Positions 20,589 to 36,204 of a DNA stretch of 64,000 nt are shown in pieces; position 1 is the first letter of the stretch; each line of letters opens with the position of its first letter. The notes below the pieces were generated by a model. That model worked only from the letters and a program-made list of their open reading frames with translations. It was not told where the DNA came from and ran no database searches. Position numbers and translations under genes: made by a program. This stretch comes from Nitrosopumilus sp. (GTDB lineage Archaea; Thermoproteota; Nitrososphaeria; Nitrososphaerales; Nitrosopumilaceae), in NCBI GenBank assembly GCA_965249555.1, contig OZ252243.1:96001-160000 (forward strand), given 5' to 3'.

Positions 20589-20735
20589 ATGAAATACATG
20601 TGCAGAACCTGTAAGAAAAAATGTGATGATATTCCAAAACACATGATGACAGTACATAAATTCTCAAAATCAATTGTAGAGGCCCAACTCAAAGCAAACC
20701 CAAATTGTTATAAAAATTCCTTTACGGAATTATAA
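20589..20735 (+). CDS. Small C2H2 zinc-finger protein (48 aa, below the ORF-track cutoff)
   Basis: MKYMCRTCKKKCDDIPKHMMTVHKF...: CxxC-x9-HxxxxH. Confidence 0.7.
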   Translation: MKYMCRTCKKKCDDIPKHMMTVHKFSKSIVEAQLKANPNCYKNSFTEL

Positions 20736-20817
20736 CAAATAATTGAAATCTGGAATTTTGAGAAATTTAATCATAAAACTATAGATTTTAAAACTAATTA
20801 GATCTATCCTAAACGAA

Positions 20818-21375
20818 TTGTTTCCTAGAATTGATTCTATCAAACAGATAAGACAAAAGTTAGGCATTACTCAGAAAAAACTTGCCACAATGACTGGGGT
20901 TAGCACTTCAATGATCAACCAGATAGAATCAGGAAGAAGTCAACCAAGCTATGATACAGCAAAGAAAATTTTTGACAATCTTGCAAAATTAAAAGGGGAA
21001 TCATCTTCGCATATTGCAGGGGATTTTTGTAGTAAAGATATAGTAAAACTAAAACCAACAAATACACTTCATGATGCAATCAAAAAGATGCACCAATTAT
21101 CAATTAGTCAGATTCCTGTTTTTAATAATACAGAGATTGTAGGAATAATATCTGAAGATGGTATTGTAAAACATCTAGCAGATAGTGGAGAAACAGAACT
21201 CAAAAAAGCTAAACTAGTAGACACTATGGAACCTATTCCACCAATAGTCGACTATGATACACCAGCAAATGTTCTTGTTCCATTAATTAGATACTCTAAA
21301 TGTATTCTAGTTTCAAAGAAATCAAAAATTGTAGGAATAATTACAGCTTCTGATACTTTGAAAATGATGGAATGA
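20818..21375 (+). CDS. XRE-HTH plus CBS-domain transcriptional regulator
   Basis: RQKLGITQKKLA...INQIESGR; two CBS repeats. Confidence 0.92.
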   Translation: MFPRIDSIKQIRQKLGITQKKLATMTGVSTSMINQIESGRSQPSYDTAKKIFDNLAKLKGESSSHIAGDFCSKDIVKLKPTNTLHDAIKKMHQLSISQIPVFNNTEIVGIISEDGIVKHLADSGETELKKAKLVDTMEPIPPIVDYDTPANVLVPLIRYSKCILVSKKSKIVGIITASDTLKMME

Positions 21376-21771
21376 CTATTCAGGATGAGAGCAGAGCTCT
21401 GTCAATACACCGTAAAGTGATCTTGGATGAATGAAAGTAACTTTGGTTCCCGCAGAGCCAGGTCTTATTTTACCTAAGAACTGTATTCCGCATCCTTCCA
21501 TTCGTTCTACTTCACCTTCAATGTTATCAGTCTCTAACGCTAGATGATGCAGACCTTGTCCTTTTTTCTCCAAGAATTTTTTGATTGGACTAGCATCATT
21601 TGTTGGTTGTATTAATTCGATTCGTCCATTTTCTAAATGAAGGATTGCAACTTTGACACCTTCAGATTCTACTGTTTCAAATTCTACACTGTCAACACCT
21701 AGTGCTTGTTGGTATATTTTGGCTGATTCCTCTACATCATTCACTGCAATTGCAATATGATCAATCTTCAT
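21376..21771 (-). CDS. mce: Methylmalonyl-CoA epimerase
   Basis: IDHIAIAV, IELIQP, GLHHLA, FIHP, TELC. Confidence 0.95.
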   Translation of the reverse strand: MKIDHIAIAVNDVEESAKIYQQALGVDSVEFETVESEGVKVAILHLENGRIELIQPTNDASPIKKFLEKKGQGLHHLALETDNIEGEVERMEGCGIQFLGKIRPGSAGTKVTFIHPRSLYGVLTELCSHPE

Positions 21772-21954
21772 CTAAAAGACCTCTTCACTAAACATTTTTT
21801 GTGGGTTTTATTTATTGTATATAATGCATTACTTCCACTATGGAGACCATCAGTTATCGTGTGATTAAGACCAAAAGTGAGATTGATTCTCATACAGATA
21901 CCATTATGCCTCAATGTAAAAGAGTTCTTGAATCACTCCAGATAGGTCAAATTA

Positions 21955-22260
21955 TTGAGGCAAGAAAAGATTGCAAAAAAGCTTGGAATTTCAACTAGTA
22001 CAGTTTACAGAACCATACAAAAATTGCGTGAAGAAAGTAATCGCTGGCTAGTAAATCTAGCAAGAAGATACTGCAAGTTTATACAAAGAAGCACTAGACG
22101 GATTAAAGCAAGATCTAGTCTATCTATACGAATTATCACAAGAAGAAGATGTAAAGAATAATCCAAAACTTTGCTTACAGATAAGACGAGAAATAACTCA
22201 TGTTTGTTCTGAATATCTAAAGAATTTGTTGCAAGGTCCAGTTGTGTGGTCTGGAGGTAT
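21955..22260 (+). pseudogene. HTH DNA-binding protein, frameshifted
   Basis: QEKIAKKLGISTSTVYRTI; continues in another frame as DTASLYKEALDGLKQD...LLQGPVVWS. Confidence 0.6.
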
Positions 22261-22394
22261 TATCAAAGAATTCTATTGGAGAACCAGTTCCTCTACCAAC
22301 AATGGAGGCTTTGAAAGGAATTTCAAGAGTAAGATAATGATTTCAAGTAATAATATTTAATTTGATATTTAAAGTCAGGATTATTAATCAAATC

Positions 22395-22664
22395 ATGCAA
22401 AAACTAGAGTCAAAACTCATACCGGAAGTTAAAATTCAAAACACAGTAACTACAGCTGATCTTAAACAACAAATTGACATTGGATCTTTTAATGAATATG
22501 AATTTCTAAGTTCAAATCTAGATTTGTATGCATGCGGATATGTCAAAGACGATAAAATGGTTGGAAGAGTGACTGTCTTTAGAAGTGGAAAACTAATTTC
22601 CGTAGGAACAGAGTCCAGAACAATCTGAAAAAGAGTTAAAAAAAAGCATTAAAAATTTTACAAA
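22395..22664 (+). pseudogene. tbp: Divergent TBP paralogue, N-terminal half
   Basis: VKIQNTVTTADL...VTVFRSGKLISVG; frameshifts near 22610 and 22645. Confidence 0.8.
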
Positions 22665-22669
22665 TGCAG

Positions 22670-23080
22670 GATTGCATTTCTCATTGACGGAAAGGATGGA
22701 GAACTGCTGGGAGTCTCAAATGTCACACTATCCAATAGGATAGTCTCGTCGCATTTTGGCGGGTATGATAATACGGCACTATTAGAGTACACATACAACT
22801 ATCCTGGCTCGTATCTCTCATCGGTTCTAAACATCACCGCGATAAACTCTGACGGGAGCATCAACAATATACCAATCCATGCAGAGCTGGATGTGATAAT
22901 ACCCAACACAAACAGGACGATGTATCTGGCCGAATATATGGCATCACACATACGTGGCATGGGATATAAGATGATAAAAGAGGAAAATTTGAATTCATGT
23001 GTTGAGATTATGGATCATACTCGATTCCATGGGATTAAAATGTCAGAGATATTAAACCCCCATTGCATGACTGACATTCA
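22670..23080 (+). pseudogene. Internal fragment of an unknown (possibly surface) protein
   Basis: Open frame AFLIDGKDGELLGVSNVTL...VIIPNTNRTMYLAEY with no clear start, running into the minisatellite. Confidence 0.35.
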
Positions 23081-23081
23081 A

Positions 23082-23185
23082 TTCCAATTCCTTCTTCCAA
23101 TTCCTTCTTCCAATTCCTTCTTCCAATTCCTTCTTCCAATTCCTTCTTCCAATTCCTTCTTCCAATTCCTTCTTCCAATTCCTTC
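23082..23185 (+). repeat. Perfect minisatellite (TTCCAATTCCTTC)x8
   Basis: Eight exact 13-bp units ending 18 bp before the ATG at 23204. Confidence 0.97.
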
Positions 23186-23203
23186 TATCAGGGGCAAATC
23201 TGA

Positions 23204-28047
<4,844 letters not shown>

Positions 28048-28405
28048 AGAATCAAACCCAATACACATAGCGCCTGCAATGGCAGAAGGATATCCGGTAT
28101 GGTTTGCCAATTTCTCAGACTGTTCAATTCGGGACATGTAAAGTTCAACAATAATTCCAACTAGACTCAAGTAAAAAATGTAAGAAGGTTATGAATATTT
28201 ATGATTTGTCGTATTCATCATTGTTGGAATTCTCTTGATCAGCGTGATTATCTTGATCATACTCTTCCTGTGTTTTGTCTGGATCGCCGTCTCTATGGCT
28301 CATTTTTTATCAAAGTCAAGTACATTTTTGTACTATAAAATCTTTGATAAGATGAGTGCGAAAATATAAGACAGTTATTGGCTTAAGATGGTTTCTTAAT
28401 TTTCT

Positions 28406-28538
28406 TACAAGTTGAATTTTGGTTTTAATACACTTATTGCATAAGACTCAAATAATTTACGTTGCCTTTCATCTGCCATCCTTCTATATCTTACCTTGTA
28501 CCATTTCAAGTCATCAAGATCTAAACCTGTCTTTTGTT
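28406..28538 (-). pseudogene. C-terminal fragment of a GIY-YIG-like nuclease
   Basis: ...ERQRKLFESYAISVLKPKFNL* resembles the GIY-YIG E..I...P.xN end motif. Confidence 0.4.
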
Positions 28539-28560
28539 TTAGAATCAGAATATCTCAGAA

Positions 28561-28825
28561 TCTGAAATAATAAGGTCCTTTGAGAACTCTGCCGAGATTT
28601 TGGATCTATCAAAGGTTATGCAAAAGAATTACCCATCCATGATGCACTATCTGATTCGTGACACCATCAGCTTTAGGATAATTGACGCGCTAATGCACGA
28701 CCCTGACATCGAGGATATAACGTGTGAGAACAAGTAAGTACCAGTTGGTGTTATTCACAGAAGATATCCCGAGTTCTTTGTAATGGATACCAACATACTC
28801 TTTGGGGATTCTGATACAAAGGACT
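28561..28825 (+). pseudogene. N-terminal/middle fragment of a FlaI/TadA-like secretion ATPase
   Basis: HYLIRDTISFRIIDALMHDPDIEDITCE*VPVGVIHR...DTNI, with an internal stop. Confidence 0.75.
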
Positions 28826-28836
28826 CACTTGAGATA

Positions 28837-29080
28837 TTTACAAAAACATAAACTAGCAAAACTAGTTAAAATCATCCCACAAGTAAGAAATATCGTATCC
28901 AGATTTGATTTAGAAAAAAACTAGACATTGAGAAATTGGCAAGAACATTACCTAAATGTTTGTACGAACCTGAACAATTTCCGGGATTGATTTATAGAAT
29001 GCAAGGTAGTTGTGTGGCATTACTATTTGCATCAGGTAAAGGAGTTATTGTAGGTGCCAAATCAATTGAAGAAATTAATT
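28837..29080 (+). pseudogene. tbp: Divergent TBP paralogue, C-terminal half
   Basis: [32 protein letters not shown]...[14 protein letters not shown]; A7 frameshift near 28920. Confidence 0.85.
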
Positions 29081-29090
29081 TAAAATCAAA

Positions 29091-30572
29091 TCACAAATCT
29101 ACAGAATCATGCTGATTCACTGAAACAACATTGTTGTGCCATTTCTTGTGATACTCATCATGTTGTGTATGAATTGGAATTAGTTTCTTAGAATTAGAGC
29201 CATCAATGACTTTTTTAATCTGCTCTCCATCTCCATGCCCAGATACATGAATCTGATGCCAGTCCTCATCTTTTTTTAATATACCAAAGTGTACAAACCA
29301 GTTTTTTACCTGCTCTTCTTTGTGTTCCATTTCAAAATCAAAAGGCTCAGTTAGTGAGCGAATGTATGTAGCCCCTTCATCAGGCTTGATATCTATTAAA
29401 TCTTGTAGTCTGAAATCACTGCAAAAGAAGATGTACTCATTTTGTTTTTTCTGAATATCTCTGTAATCTATGGCATTTGGATAGTCTAAAAATGGGCGTT
29501 GCCACGTTGCATAGTCTGCATACAATTGCTTTTCTGAAAATATATCAATATCCTTATCAAGTAATCCCCAAGAGCCTCTCTGAATGTATATTTTGATATT
29601 TTTATCAATAGGTGATGGATATTCTCCTTTCATTGATTCTGATTCTGTGAATAATTTTAAGAGATATGCTTGTTTCATATCAATTACCAAATATCGATTA
29701 GTATTTTTTGCTACAATAAAAAATGACATCAACCTATCTAAATCTCTAATTGGGTATCCACATATTGCTAAACCTTTAGTGTTGTTTACTATATCTGCAA
29801 CTTTGGTTTCTACATCATATTCTGTAAGGGATTGTTTCGCATCAACTCTAGTTCCTTCACATAGTAAGACATCCAAGTCTGATTCTGCACAACGTTCTAC
29901 AAATTTTTCAGTATCATCTTTGCGTCTCCCATGGAATCTTAAATCTGCAGTATTACCAATAGAGCCTTCAGATGTATGTAAAATAAATGCGTGAACTCCG
30001 GGAATTGAGTGGTCTACTGGTAGTGGTTCTACATTAATTGAATTAATTGAGAATTCTTTTCCTGATTGAAACACCTGGATGTTTCTTGGATATGCAACTT
30101 TATCACCTGTTGCTCTACTGACTTCTCCTTTCTTATTTTCATAAAATTGAAATTTCTCTTTATGTGTTAGATATTGATCCGTTCCTGTATCATCAAAGTT
30201 TTGCATGATTAGTTTTGATTCTTCAGAGCAGTAAATTGGAATGTCTTCTCTAAGATACTTTATGTATGCGCAATGATCAACATGTGCATGTGTAAGTAAG
30301 ATACCATCAATCTCTGTTTCTTCATTGCCATCAAAGCCGACATGTTTGGCATAATCTCGTCTATACATTCCTTTAATTTTTGGTAAAATTCCTAGCTCAA
30401 ACATATCTGTTAAAAAATTAGAGCCTCGAGCGTTTAGAAACTGTGAGAAAAATCGCCCTTCTTCAGAAAAAGACATTCCAAAATCCATGAATAACGTTGT
30501 ATCCTTATCTTTGACTAGGAATTTGTTTCCACCAATATCATTTACTCCGCCATGGAAGGTTACACTAGTCAT
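29091..30572 (-). CDS. MBL-fold beta-CASP nuclease (RNase J-like)
   Basis: [45 protein letters not shown]. Confidence 0.88.
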   Translation of the reverse strand: MTSVTFHGGVNDIGGNKFLVKDKDTTLFMDFGMSFSEEGRFFSQFLNARGSNFLTDMFELGILPKIKGMYRRDYAKHVGFDGNEETEIDGILLTHAHVDHCAYIKYLREDIPIYCSEESKLIMQNFDDTGTDQYLTHKEKFQFYENKKGEVSRATGDKVAYPRNIQVFQSGKEFSINSINVEPLPVDHSIPGVHAFILHTSEGSIGNTADLRFHGRRKDDTEKFVERCAESDLDVLLCEGTRVDAKQSLTEYDVETKVADIVNNTKGLAICGYPIRDLDRLMSFFIVAKNTNRYLVIDMKQAYLLKLFTESESMKGEYPSPIDKNIKIYIQRGSWGLLDKDIDIFSEKQLYADYATWQRPFLDYPNAIDYRDIQKKQNEYIFFCSDFRLQDLIDIKPDEGATYIRSLTEPFDFEMEHKEEQVKNWFVHFGILKKDEDWHQIHVSGHGDGEQIKKVIDGSNSKKLIPIHTQHDEYHKKWHNNVVSVNQHDSVDL

Positions 30573-30636
30573 AGTTCCGTTCCCAATATTGTGCTAAAAA
30601 ACATGATACTCATTGTAAAATCAGCCTTATTAGAAA

Positions 30637-31638
30637 TTAGTCATCCTGTTCTTCTACCAAAGTCCAAATTTTCTTTAATGGTAATTCAGCTTTAATTGAA
30701 TCATCAAATTTATCATAATTTTTCAAAAGTTCTTCAACAATCTTGTCTTGATCCCATAATCTTATGGAGAAAAAGGAACGAGTCATTTCTTGTTCTGCTT
30801 TGGAATTAATTCCACCCCATGCTACTAGTAGTCCATAATCTGCTTTGAAACTTTTGATTACACCTTCTAACTCTCTAACAATTCTTACATCTACAGGAGT
30901 TTGTGAAGATTTTACTTGTACACAGATTTTTGGATTTCCAAAACCTAACGAACCAAAACCTGCTAAAACATCAACTCCACCATCAGGACCAGCAGGAGAT
31001 AGTTTTGTAGAATAGCCTTGAGCTTTTAGAATTTCATCAATTAATCTAGATAGATCATGTCCTGTAAATTTTCGTTCAAGGAATTTTGTAATTTGATCTT
31101 TTGAATATTGTTCTAAATCAAACTCAAATGTTTCTGTTTCAATATCCTCATTCAATATTTTAGATGTAATTTCACCTTTGAGCATACTTCGTACTCTTTC
31201 TTCAGCTTTATCTGCACGAACTCTACCTACAGTACGAGATGCACCTAAAGAAAATAATATATCTTGATCAAATGAAGAACGAGGAAATGTTTTGATCCAT
31301 TTTACTTTTCTAATATGTTTGATATTTGATTGAATTTCTTTAAATTCATAATCACCAACAATTTCACCAATAGCTATTCCAGATTTTCTTTTAAGAGGCA
31401 ATGCAACTAAATCTCCATTGTTAATTTTTTTAAGAAAAGTCCAAATTTGACTAACTACATTTGCAACATGCCTTTTTTTATGAGGACCACGTGTTTCTAA
31501 ATATAATTTTCCTAATTCTTCTCTAGTAATTTTTGATAAATCAGGCAAGTCATTCCAGCCTATTGATACAACATTGTTTTCCAAGACACCTTCTTCTTGC
31601 TCACCATGTCTACCAGCTCTAACTAACCAAAAAGTCAT
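30637..31638 (-). CDS. Mrr-family restriction endonuclease with N-terminal PUA/EVE-like domain
   Basis: WLVRAG...IGW N-terminus; DGGVDV...VQVK Mrr catalytic motif. Confidence 0.85.
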   Translation of the reverse strand: MTFWLVRAGRHGEQEEGVLENNVVSIGWNDLPDLSKITREELGKLYLETRGPHKKRHVANVVSQIWTFLKKINNGDLVALPLKRKSGIAIGEIVGDYEFKEIQSNIKHIRKVKWIKTFPRSSFDQDILFSLGASRTVGRVRADKAEERVRSMLKGEITSKILNEDIETETFEFDLEQYSKDQITKFLERKFTGHDLSRLIDEILKAQGYSTKLSPAGPDGGVDVLAGFGSLGFGNPKICVQVKSSQTPVDVRIVRELEGVIKSFKADYGLLVAWGGINSKAEQEMTRSFFSIRLWDQDKIVEELLKNYDKFDDSIKAELPLKKIWTLVEEQDD

Positions 31639-31854
31639 AGTGATGAAAAGTAATACAAGACATAAAACATTTGTTATTTTTTTGTATTATTTTCAATATG
31701 CTTAAAGTACATTAAAAGAAATGAAATGTTACGGTAGATGAGAAACTAAACGGTCCTATTGCTGAAGAGATAGTTCTTCAAATGTTAAAAAAACAAGGCA
31801 AAAAAGTCCCCCCCGCTCATAATTTAAAATAAATATAAAAACTTTATAAAATTT

Positions 31855-32121
31855 ATGATCCAATTTAATCACATGACTAAACCACATAAAATTTGGGCAA
31901 ACAAATATTTCATGAATAGATATTATAATGAACCAAAATTTAGAAGAGCCCACTTAGACGCAGTAAGAAAAAATCAAGCCAAGAATAAAGAAAAGATAAG
32001 AAAGCAGGAAAGGGCAAGGTATGCAAACAGAACCAAAAAGCAAATAGAAAAACGAACAAAATATTTGAAGAAATTAAGAACTAAGAGTTATAATAAAATT
32101 CGAAATGCAAAAAAATCATGA
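31855..32121 (+). CDS. Small highly basic hypothetical protein
   Basis: K/R-rich 88-aa ORF. Confidence 0.5.
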   Translation: MIQFNHMTKPHKIWANKYFMNRYYNEPKFRRAHLDAVRKNQAKNKEKIRKQERARYANRTKKQIEKRTKYLKKLRTKSYNKIRNAKKS

Positions 32122-32173
32122 AATAATTTTATTTTTAAAATATTAAATTATTTTTTAGTTAACAGGCAGTAGA

Positions 32174-33181
32174 TCAATTCCAATTAACTCGAACAAAGTT
32201 AGACCTTTCACTGTTTCCTAGATCATTGACTGCAACTACTCTATACACATATTTGCCATCATTATTAGGAATAGTAAATGCATTGTCAACTGTATCACTA
32301 GTGTAACATACAGATAGATGTCTAGTTCCTCTCTCCTTACAAAGTATTTCGTAACCAGTTATGGTATCATCATTTGACTCATCCCAAGATAATACAATAG
32401 AGTTTTCATCAACTGTATAAACTAAATTCGTTGGTTTTTCAGGTATATCTAAAGTAATGTATTCATTAATTATTTCATGTGCAATAGATTGTTGTGTAGT
32501 TAGTTTATGATCCGTAATTACTGTAACAGCATTAGAAGTTCTTGATTTTATTTCTTCATCATGTATTGCCCAGATGTAAAGTATGTATTTTTCATTTGGA
32601 GTTAGACCTGTTACTGTAAAATTAGTATCACCACTGTTAGATGTTGTATCACATCTATCACGCTTAGTACCGTTTAAATGAATAATATCATTATCTCCTT
32701 TATCAATATTAAAACAACCTATATGATATCCTGTTACTCTATCATCTTCAATTTTCCAGTTTAGAGTAATTGAATTATGAGTATTAGTATATATCAAATT
32801 TTTAGGTGCAGAAAGTGGAAAAGCAAAATAATTTCCTGTTAGTTTATTGTCATTTCTATATTCTTCAAGGTTACTAGTATGATTTGCAATATTATTATTA
32901 ACATATTCTAACATGGAAATAGCCCGTGCTTTCATATTCTGAAAATAATCACTATCTTCAGTATATAACCCAAACCCATTTGAAGTAAAGTTAGCATGAT
33001 TGGCAACTACTTCTTCCACTATTGCTTTATTATACTCAGAATAAGCTATTCTATTTTCCAGAGCGTCTATTTTTTTTAATTTCACTTCATCAGTATGTTC
33101 TGCATATGCAGATACCCCAATACTGACAACAAAAATCAATGAAAAAATTATTCCTAATTCTAACTTCACAATAATAATCAA
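32174..33181 (-). CDS. Secreted protein with two fibronectin type III domains
   Basis: Signal peptide; APKNL..SITLNW..TGYHI..VTGLTPNEKY and KPTNL..LSW..TGYEI..YRVVAVNDLGNSERS. Confidence 0.85.
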   Translation of the reverse strand: MIIIVKLELGIIFSLIFVVSIGVSAYAEHTDEVKLKKIDALENRIAYSEYNKAIVEEVVANHANFTSNGFGLYTEDSDYFQNMKARAISMLEYVNNNIANHTSNLEEYRNDNKLTGNYFAFPLSAPKNLIYTNTHNSITLNWKIEDDRVTGYHIGCFNIDKGDNDIIHLNGTKRDRCDTTSNSGDTNFTVTGLTPNEKYILYIWAIHDEEIKSRTSNAVTVITDHKLTTQQSIAHEIINEYITLDIPEKPTNLVYTVDENSIVLSWDESNDDTITGYEILCKERGTRHLSVCYTSDTVDNAFTIPNNDGKYVYRVVAVNDLGNSERSNFVRVNWN

Positions 33182-33237
33182 TTTTATTGATTAATATAAT
33201 TTACTAAAAGACGTAATGTGAATGAGGGGAAGCGTAA

Positions 33238-34830
33238 TTAAAAGACCTCTTTTGGACGATACTCACCAAATACTTCACGGAACGTGTTACTGATTTCACC
33301 AGTGGTAGCAAATGCTTTTGCAGCTGTAACAATGTATGGCATAAGATTCTCTTCTGTTTCTGCTGCACTTTTCATAGCAGAAAGTGCTTTTTCCCATTTC
33401 TTTGTGTCACGTGATGAACGTAATGCTTTGAGTGCCTTTTTCTGTTGAATCTCAACTTCACCGCCAACTCTAAGCAAGTCTGGTTGTGTTTCTTCTTCAG
33501 AATACTTGTTTACACCAACTAGAATTCGGTCATTAGCATCAACTTCTTTCTTTAGACGATAGGCATTTTGTCTGATTTCCGATTGGAAGAATCCTTTCTC
33601 GATTGCCTTAACAGAGCCACCCATTTTTTGAATTTTTTTGAGATATTTCCATACACCGTCCTCAATCTGATCACACAAATCTTCGAGATAGTATGAACCT
33701 GCCAATGGATCAGCAGTCTTTGTAATACCACTTTCATGAGCTACAATTTGCTGGGTTCTAAGGGCAATTTTTGCAGATTCCTGTGTAGGTAAAGCAAGGG
33801 CCTCATCTCGAGAATTTGTATGGAGTGACTGTGTACCGCCGGCAACTGCTGCCATGGTCTGAATTGCAACACGTACAATATTGTTATTTGGTTGTTGTGC
33901 AGTTAATGATTCACCACTAGTTTGAGTATGGAATTTTAGCTGTAAAGAACGCGGATTTTTTGCATGAAACATTTCTTTCATGATTTTGGCATAAACTTTA
34001 CGTGCAACTCTGAACTTTGCAACTTCTTCAAAGAATTCTATAGTACAGCAAAAGAAGAATGAAAGACGTGGTGCAAAGTCATCAATCTCTAGTCCCTTGT
34101 CCAAACAAGTCTGGATATAGGCAATTGCATTTGCCAATGTAAATGCAACTTCTTGTGTTGCAGTACAGCCAGCTTCTCTCATGTGATAGCCAGATATTGA
34201 GACAGGATACCAAGATGGTACTTTTTCTGCACAGTACTCTATCATGTCACCGATTAATCGCATTGATGGTTGAGGAGGATAGATGTAGGTGTTTCTTGCA
34301 ATGTATTCTTTTAGAATATCATTTTGAGTAGTGCCACGAAGTTCATGGCTTTTGAATCCCTGTGATTCACCAACTGCAATATAGTATGCAAGAAGTGTTG
34401 ATGCAGTGGAGTTGATAGTCATTGAAGAACTTACCTTCCCAAGTGGAATGCCATCAAAGGCAGTCATCATATCTTTAATTGATGTTATTGATACGCCGAC
34501 TTTGCCTACTTCGCCTTCTGCTTGTGTAGAATCTGAATCATAACCAATCTGAGTTGGCAAGTCAAATGCCATACTAAGACCTGTTTGACCTTTTTCAAGC
34601 ATGAATTTGAATCGCTCATTGGTAAGTTTCGCATCACCAAAACCAGAATACTGTCTCATAGTCCAAAATCTTTCACGAAACATTCCAGGATGGATTCCTC
34701 TAGTAAACGGATATGTTCCTGCATCTTCTGTTGGTCTCTTTTTAGAAGATTTTTGATATATTCTTTTAACTAGAAAAGCAGAGTCTGTAAATATTTTCTT
34801 GTCAGGTGCTTTTGATTTTTTTGATGCCAT
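33238..34830 (-). CDS. Methylmalonyl-CoA mutase, large (substrate-binding) subunit
   Basis: YPFTRG, WTMRQYSGFG, AFDLPTQ, GTTQNDILKEY, SLHTNSRDEAL. Confidence 0.97.
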   Translation of the reverse strand: MASKKSKAPDKKIFTDSAFLVKRIYQKSSKKRPTEDAGTYPFTRGIHPGMFRERFWTMRQYSGFGDAKLTNERFKFMLEKGQTGLSMAFDLPTQIGYDSDSTQAEGEVGKVGVSITSIKDMMTAFDGIPLGKVSSSMTINSTASTLLAYYIAVGESQGFKSHELRGTTQNDILKEYIARNTYIYPPQPSMRLIGDMIEYCAEKVPSWYPVSISGYHMREAGCTATQEVAFTLANAIAYIQTCLDKGLEIDDFAPRLSFFFCCTIEFFEEVAKFRVARKVYAKIMKEMFHAKNPRSLQLKFHTQTSGESLTAQQPNNNIVRVAIQTMAAVAGGTQSLHTNSRDEALALPTQESAKIALRTQQIVAHESGITKTADPLAGSYYLEDLCDQIEDGVWKYLKKIQKMGGSVKAIEKGFFQSEIRQNAYRLKKEVDANDRILVGVNKYSEEETQPDLLRVGGEVEIQQKKALKALRSSRDTKKWEKALSAMKSAAETEENLMPYIVTAAKAFATTGEISNTFREVFGEYRPKEVF

Positions 34831-34834
34831 ATTA

Positions 34835-35752
34835 TCACTTTAACAAAGATTTTGTAATTTTATCTCCAGCTTCAAAGGGATCAATACTTTTTGATTGTAA
34901 TTTTTTAAGATATTTCGAAAATATTTTATCAGAATCCAGCATGCCGTCAATCTTTTCTTTAAAGTTATTTAAAACAATATCTTTTAGTTCTGCTTCAAGT
35001 CGTTCTTGGTTTTTATCGTTCTTGAATTTCTTTTTAGATTTCATCATATCTTTGAGAGTCTTTGCAAATACTGTAATTCCAGAATTCTTTTTCACAGATG
35101 TTTTTAAAATTATTGGATTTCGTTTTGTACCTCCAATATAGTCCAATACTGCATCAAATAGTTGGTTTGTCCCACTAAGATCACTTTTGTTTACAAGGTA
35201 AATATCGCCAATTTCAGTCAGACCAGCTTTGATTGTTTGAATACTGTCGCCAGTATTAGGATTAAAGACCACAACTGTAATGTCTGCAATGTTTGAAATT
35301 TCAACTTCAGTTTGTCCAGCTCCAACGCTTTCAATAATTATTGGGTTGAATCCAGAGTATTCCAAAATGCGAATACTGTTTCGCAGTGAATTAGAAATTG
35401 CGCCAGATGCTCCGCGTGATGCAATACTTCGAATATACGTACCTGAATCAGTAGATTCAGTCATTCTAACTCTATCTCCCAATATGGCTCCGCCAGTAAT
35501 ATGACTAGTTGGATCAACTGCCAGTACAGCTGGTTTTGTGCCTAATTTTTTCATAGCAATTACAGTTTTGTCAATCAAAGAACTCTTTCCAGAACCTGCA
35601 GATCCAGTAATTCCTATCACACTAGAGTTGCCAGAATCTTTGAAAATTTTCTTTACGAGTTTTCTTGCTTCTTTTGGGTTATTTTCTACTATAGAGATTG
35701 CTTTTGCAATTGCACCGCGTTTCCCTTTTTTTAGATCCACAAGTAAATCCAA
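34835..35752 (-). CDS. meaB: MeaB/ArgK GTPase chaperone of the mutase
   Basis: GITGSAGSGKS, AVDPTS..GGAILGDRVRM, ESVGAGQ, NKSD. Confidence 0.95.
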   Translation of the reverse strand: MDLLVDLKKGKRGAIAKAISIVENNPKEARKLVKKIFKDSGNSSVIGITGSAGSGKSSLIDKTVIAMKKLGTKPAVLAVDPTSHITGGAILGDRVRMTESTDSGTYIRSIASRGASGAISNSLRNSIRILEYSGFNPIIIESVGAGQTEVEISNIADITVVVFNPNTGDSIQTIKAGLTEIGDIYLVNKSDLSGTNQLFDAVLDYIGGTKRNPIILKTSVKKNSGITVFAKTLKDMMKSKKKFKNDKNQERLEAELKDIVLNNFKEKIDGMLDSDKIFSKYLKKLQSKSIDPFEAGDKITKSLLK

Positions 35753-35796
35753 TATACAGTAAGTTTTCAGAGGTGCAATAAAATCTTGTGTCCGAT

Positions 35797-36204
35797 CTAC
35801 GGTCTAGAATAGATCACAGAAGGAACAGGTTCGCCAAGTGGATGAATTTCAGTTTTTAGTTGAATGTGACCAAACTCTTTATGATCAATTTCCAAAACTA
35901 TGGGATGAATTGGCCAACCATATTTTGGTATATTTGAAAATGGAACAATTTCAATAAACTCAGAGTCAGAAAACGTTCTTTGAAAAGATTCCTCCATTCC
36001 AAGAATTTCCATAACAACAGAGTTTGTTTTACCAGATTTATCAAAATAAGAAATCTCTACATAACCTGAATCATAGTATATGGCATCTATCTGAAACGTT
36101 TGACGGAGAACATCTTTGTCATCAGTCCCACCACCTACTAGAAAGATTATAGCCAAAACAGTGATTATACCAAGGAAGATGGGAGCCCGGATTCTTCTAG
36201 CCAT
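35797..36204 (-). CDS. Membrane-anchored hypothetical protein
   Basis: N-terminal TM helix; overlaps the aminopeptidase stop. Confidence 0.7.
   Translation of the reverse strand: MARRIRAPIFLGIITVLAIIFLVGGGTDDKDVLRQTFQIDAIYYDSGYVEISYFDKSGKTNSVVMEILGMEESFQRTFSDSEFIEIVPFSNIPKYGWPIHPIVLEIDHKEFGHIQLKTEIHPLGEPVPSVIYSRP

Noticed and set aside
23082-23185. Possible CRISPR array
   Set aside because: Units are contiguous 13-mers with no spacers, and no cas genes are in the window
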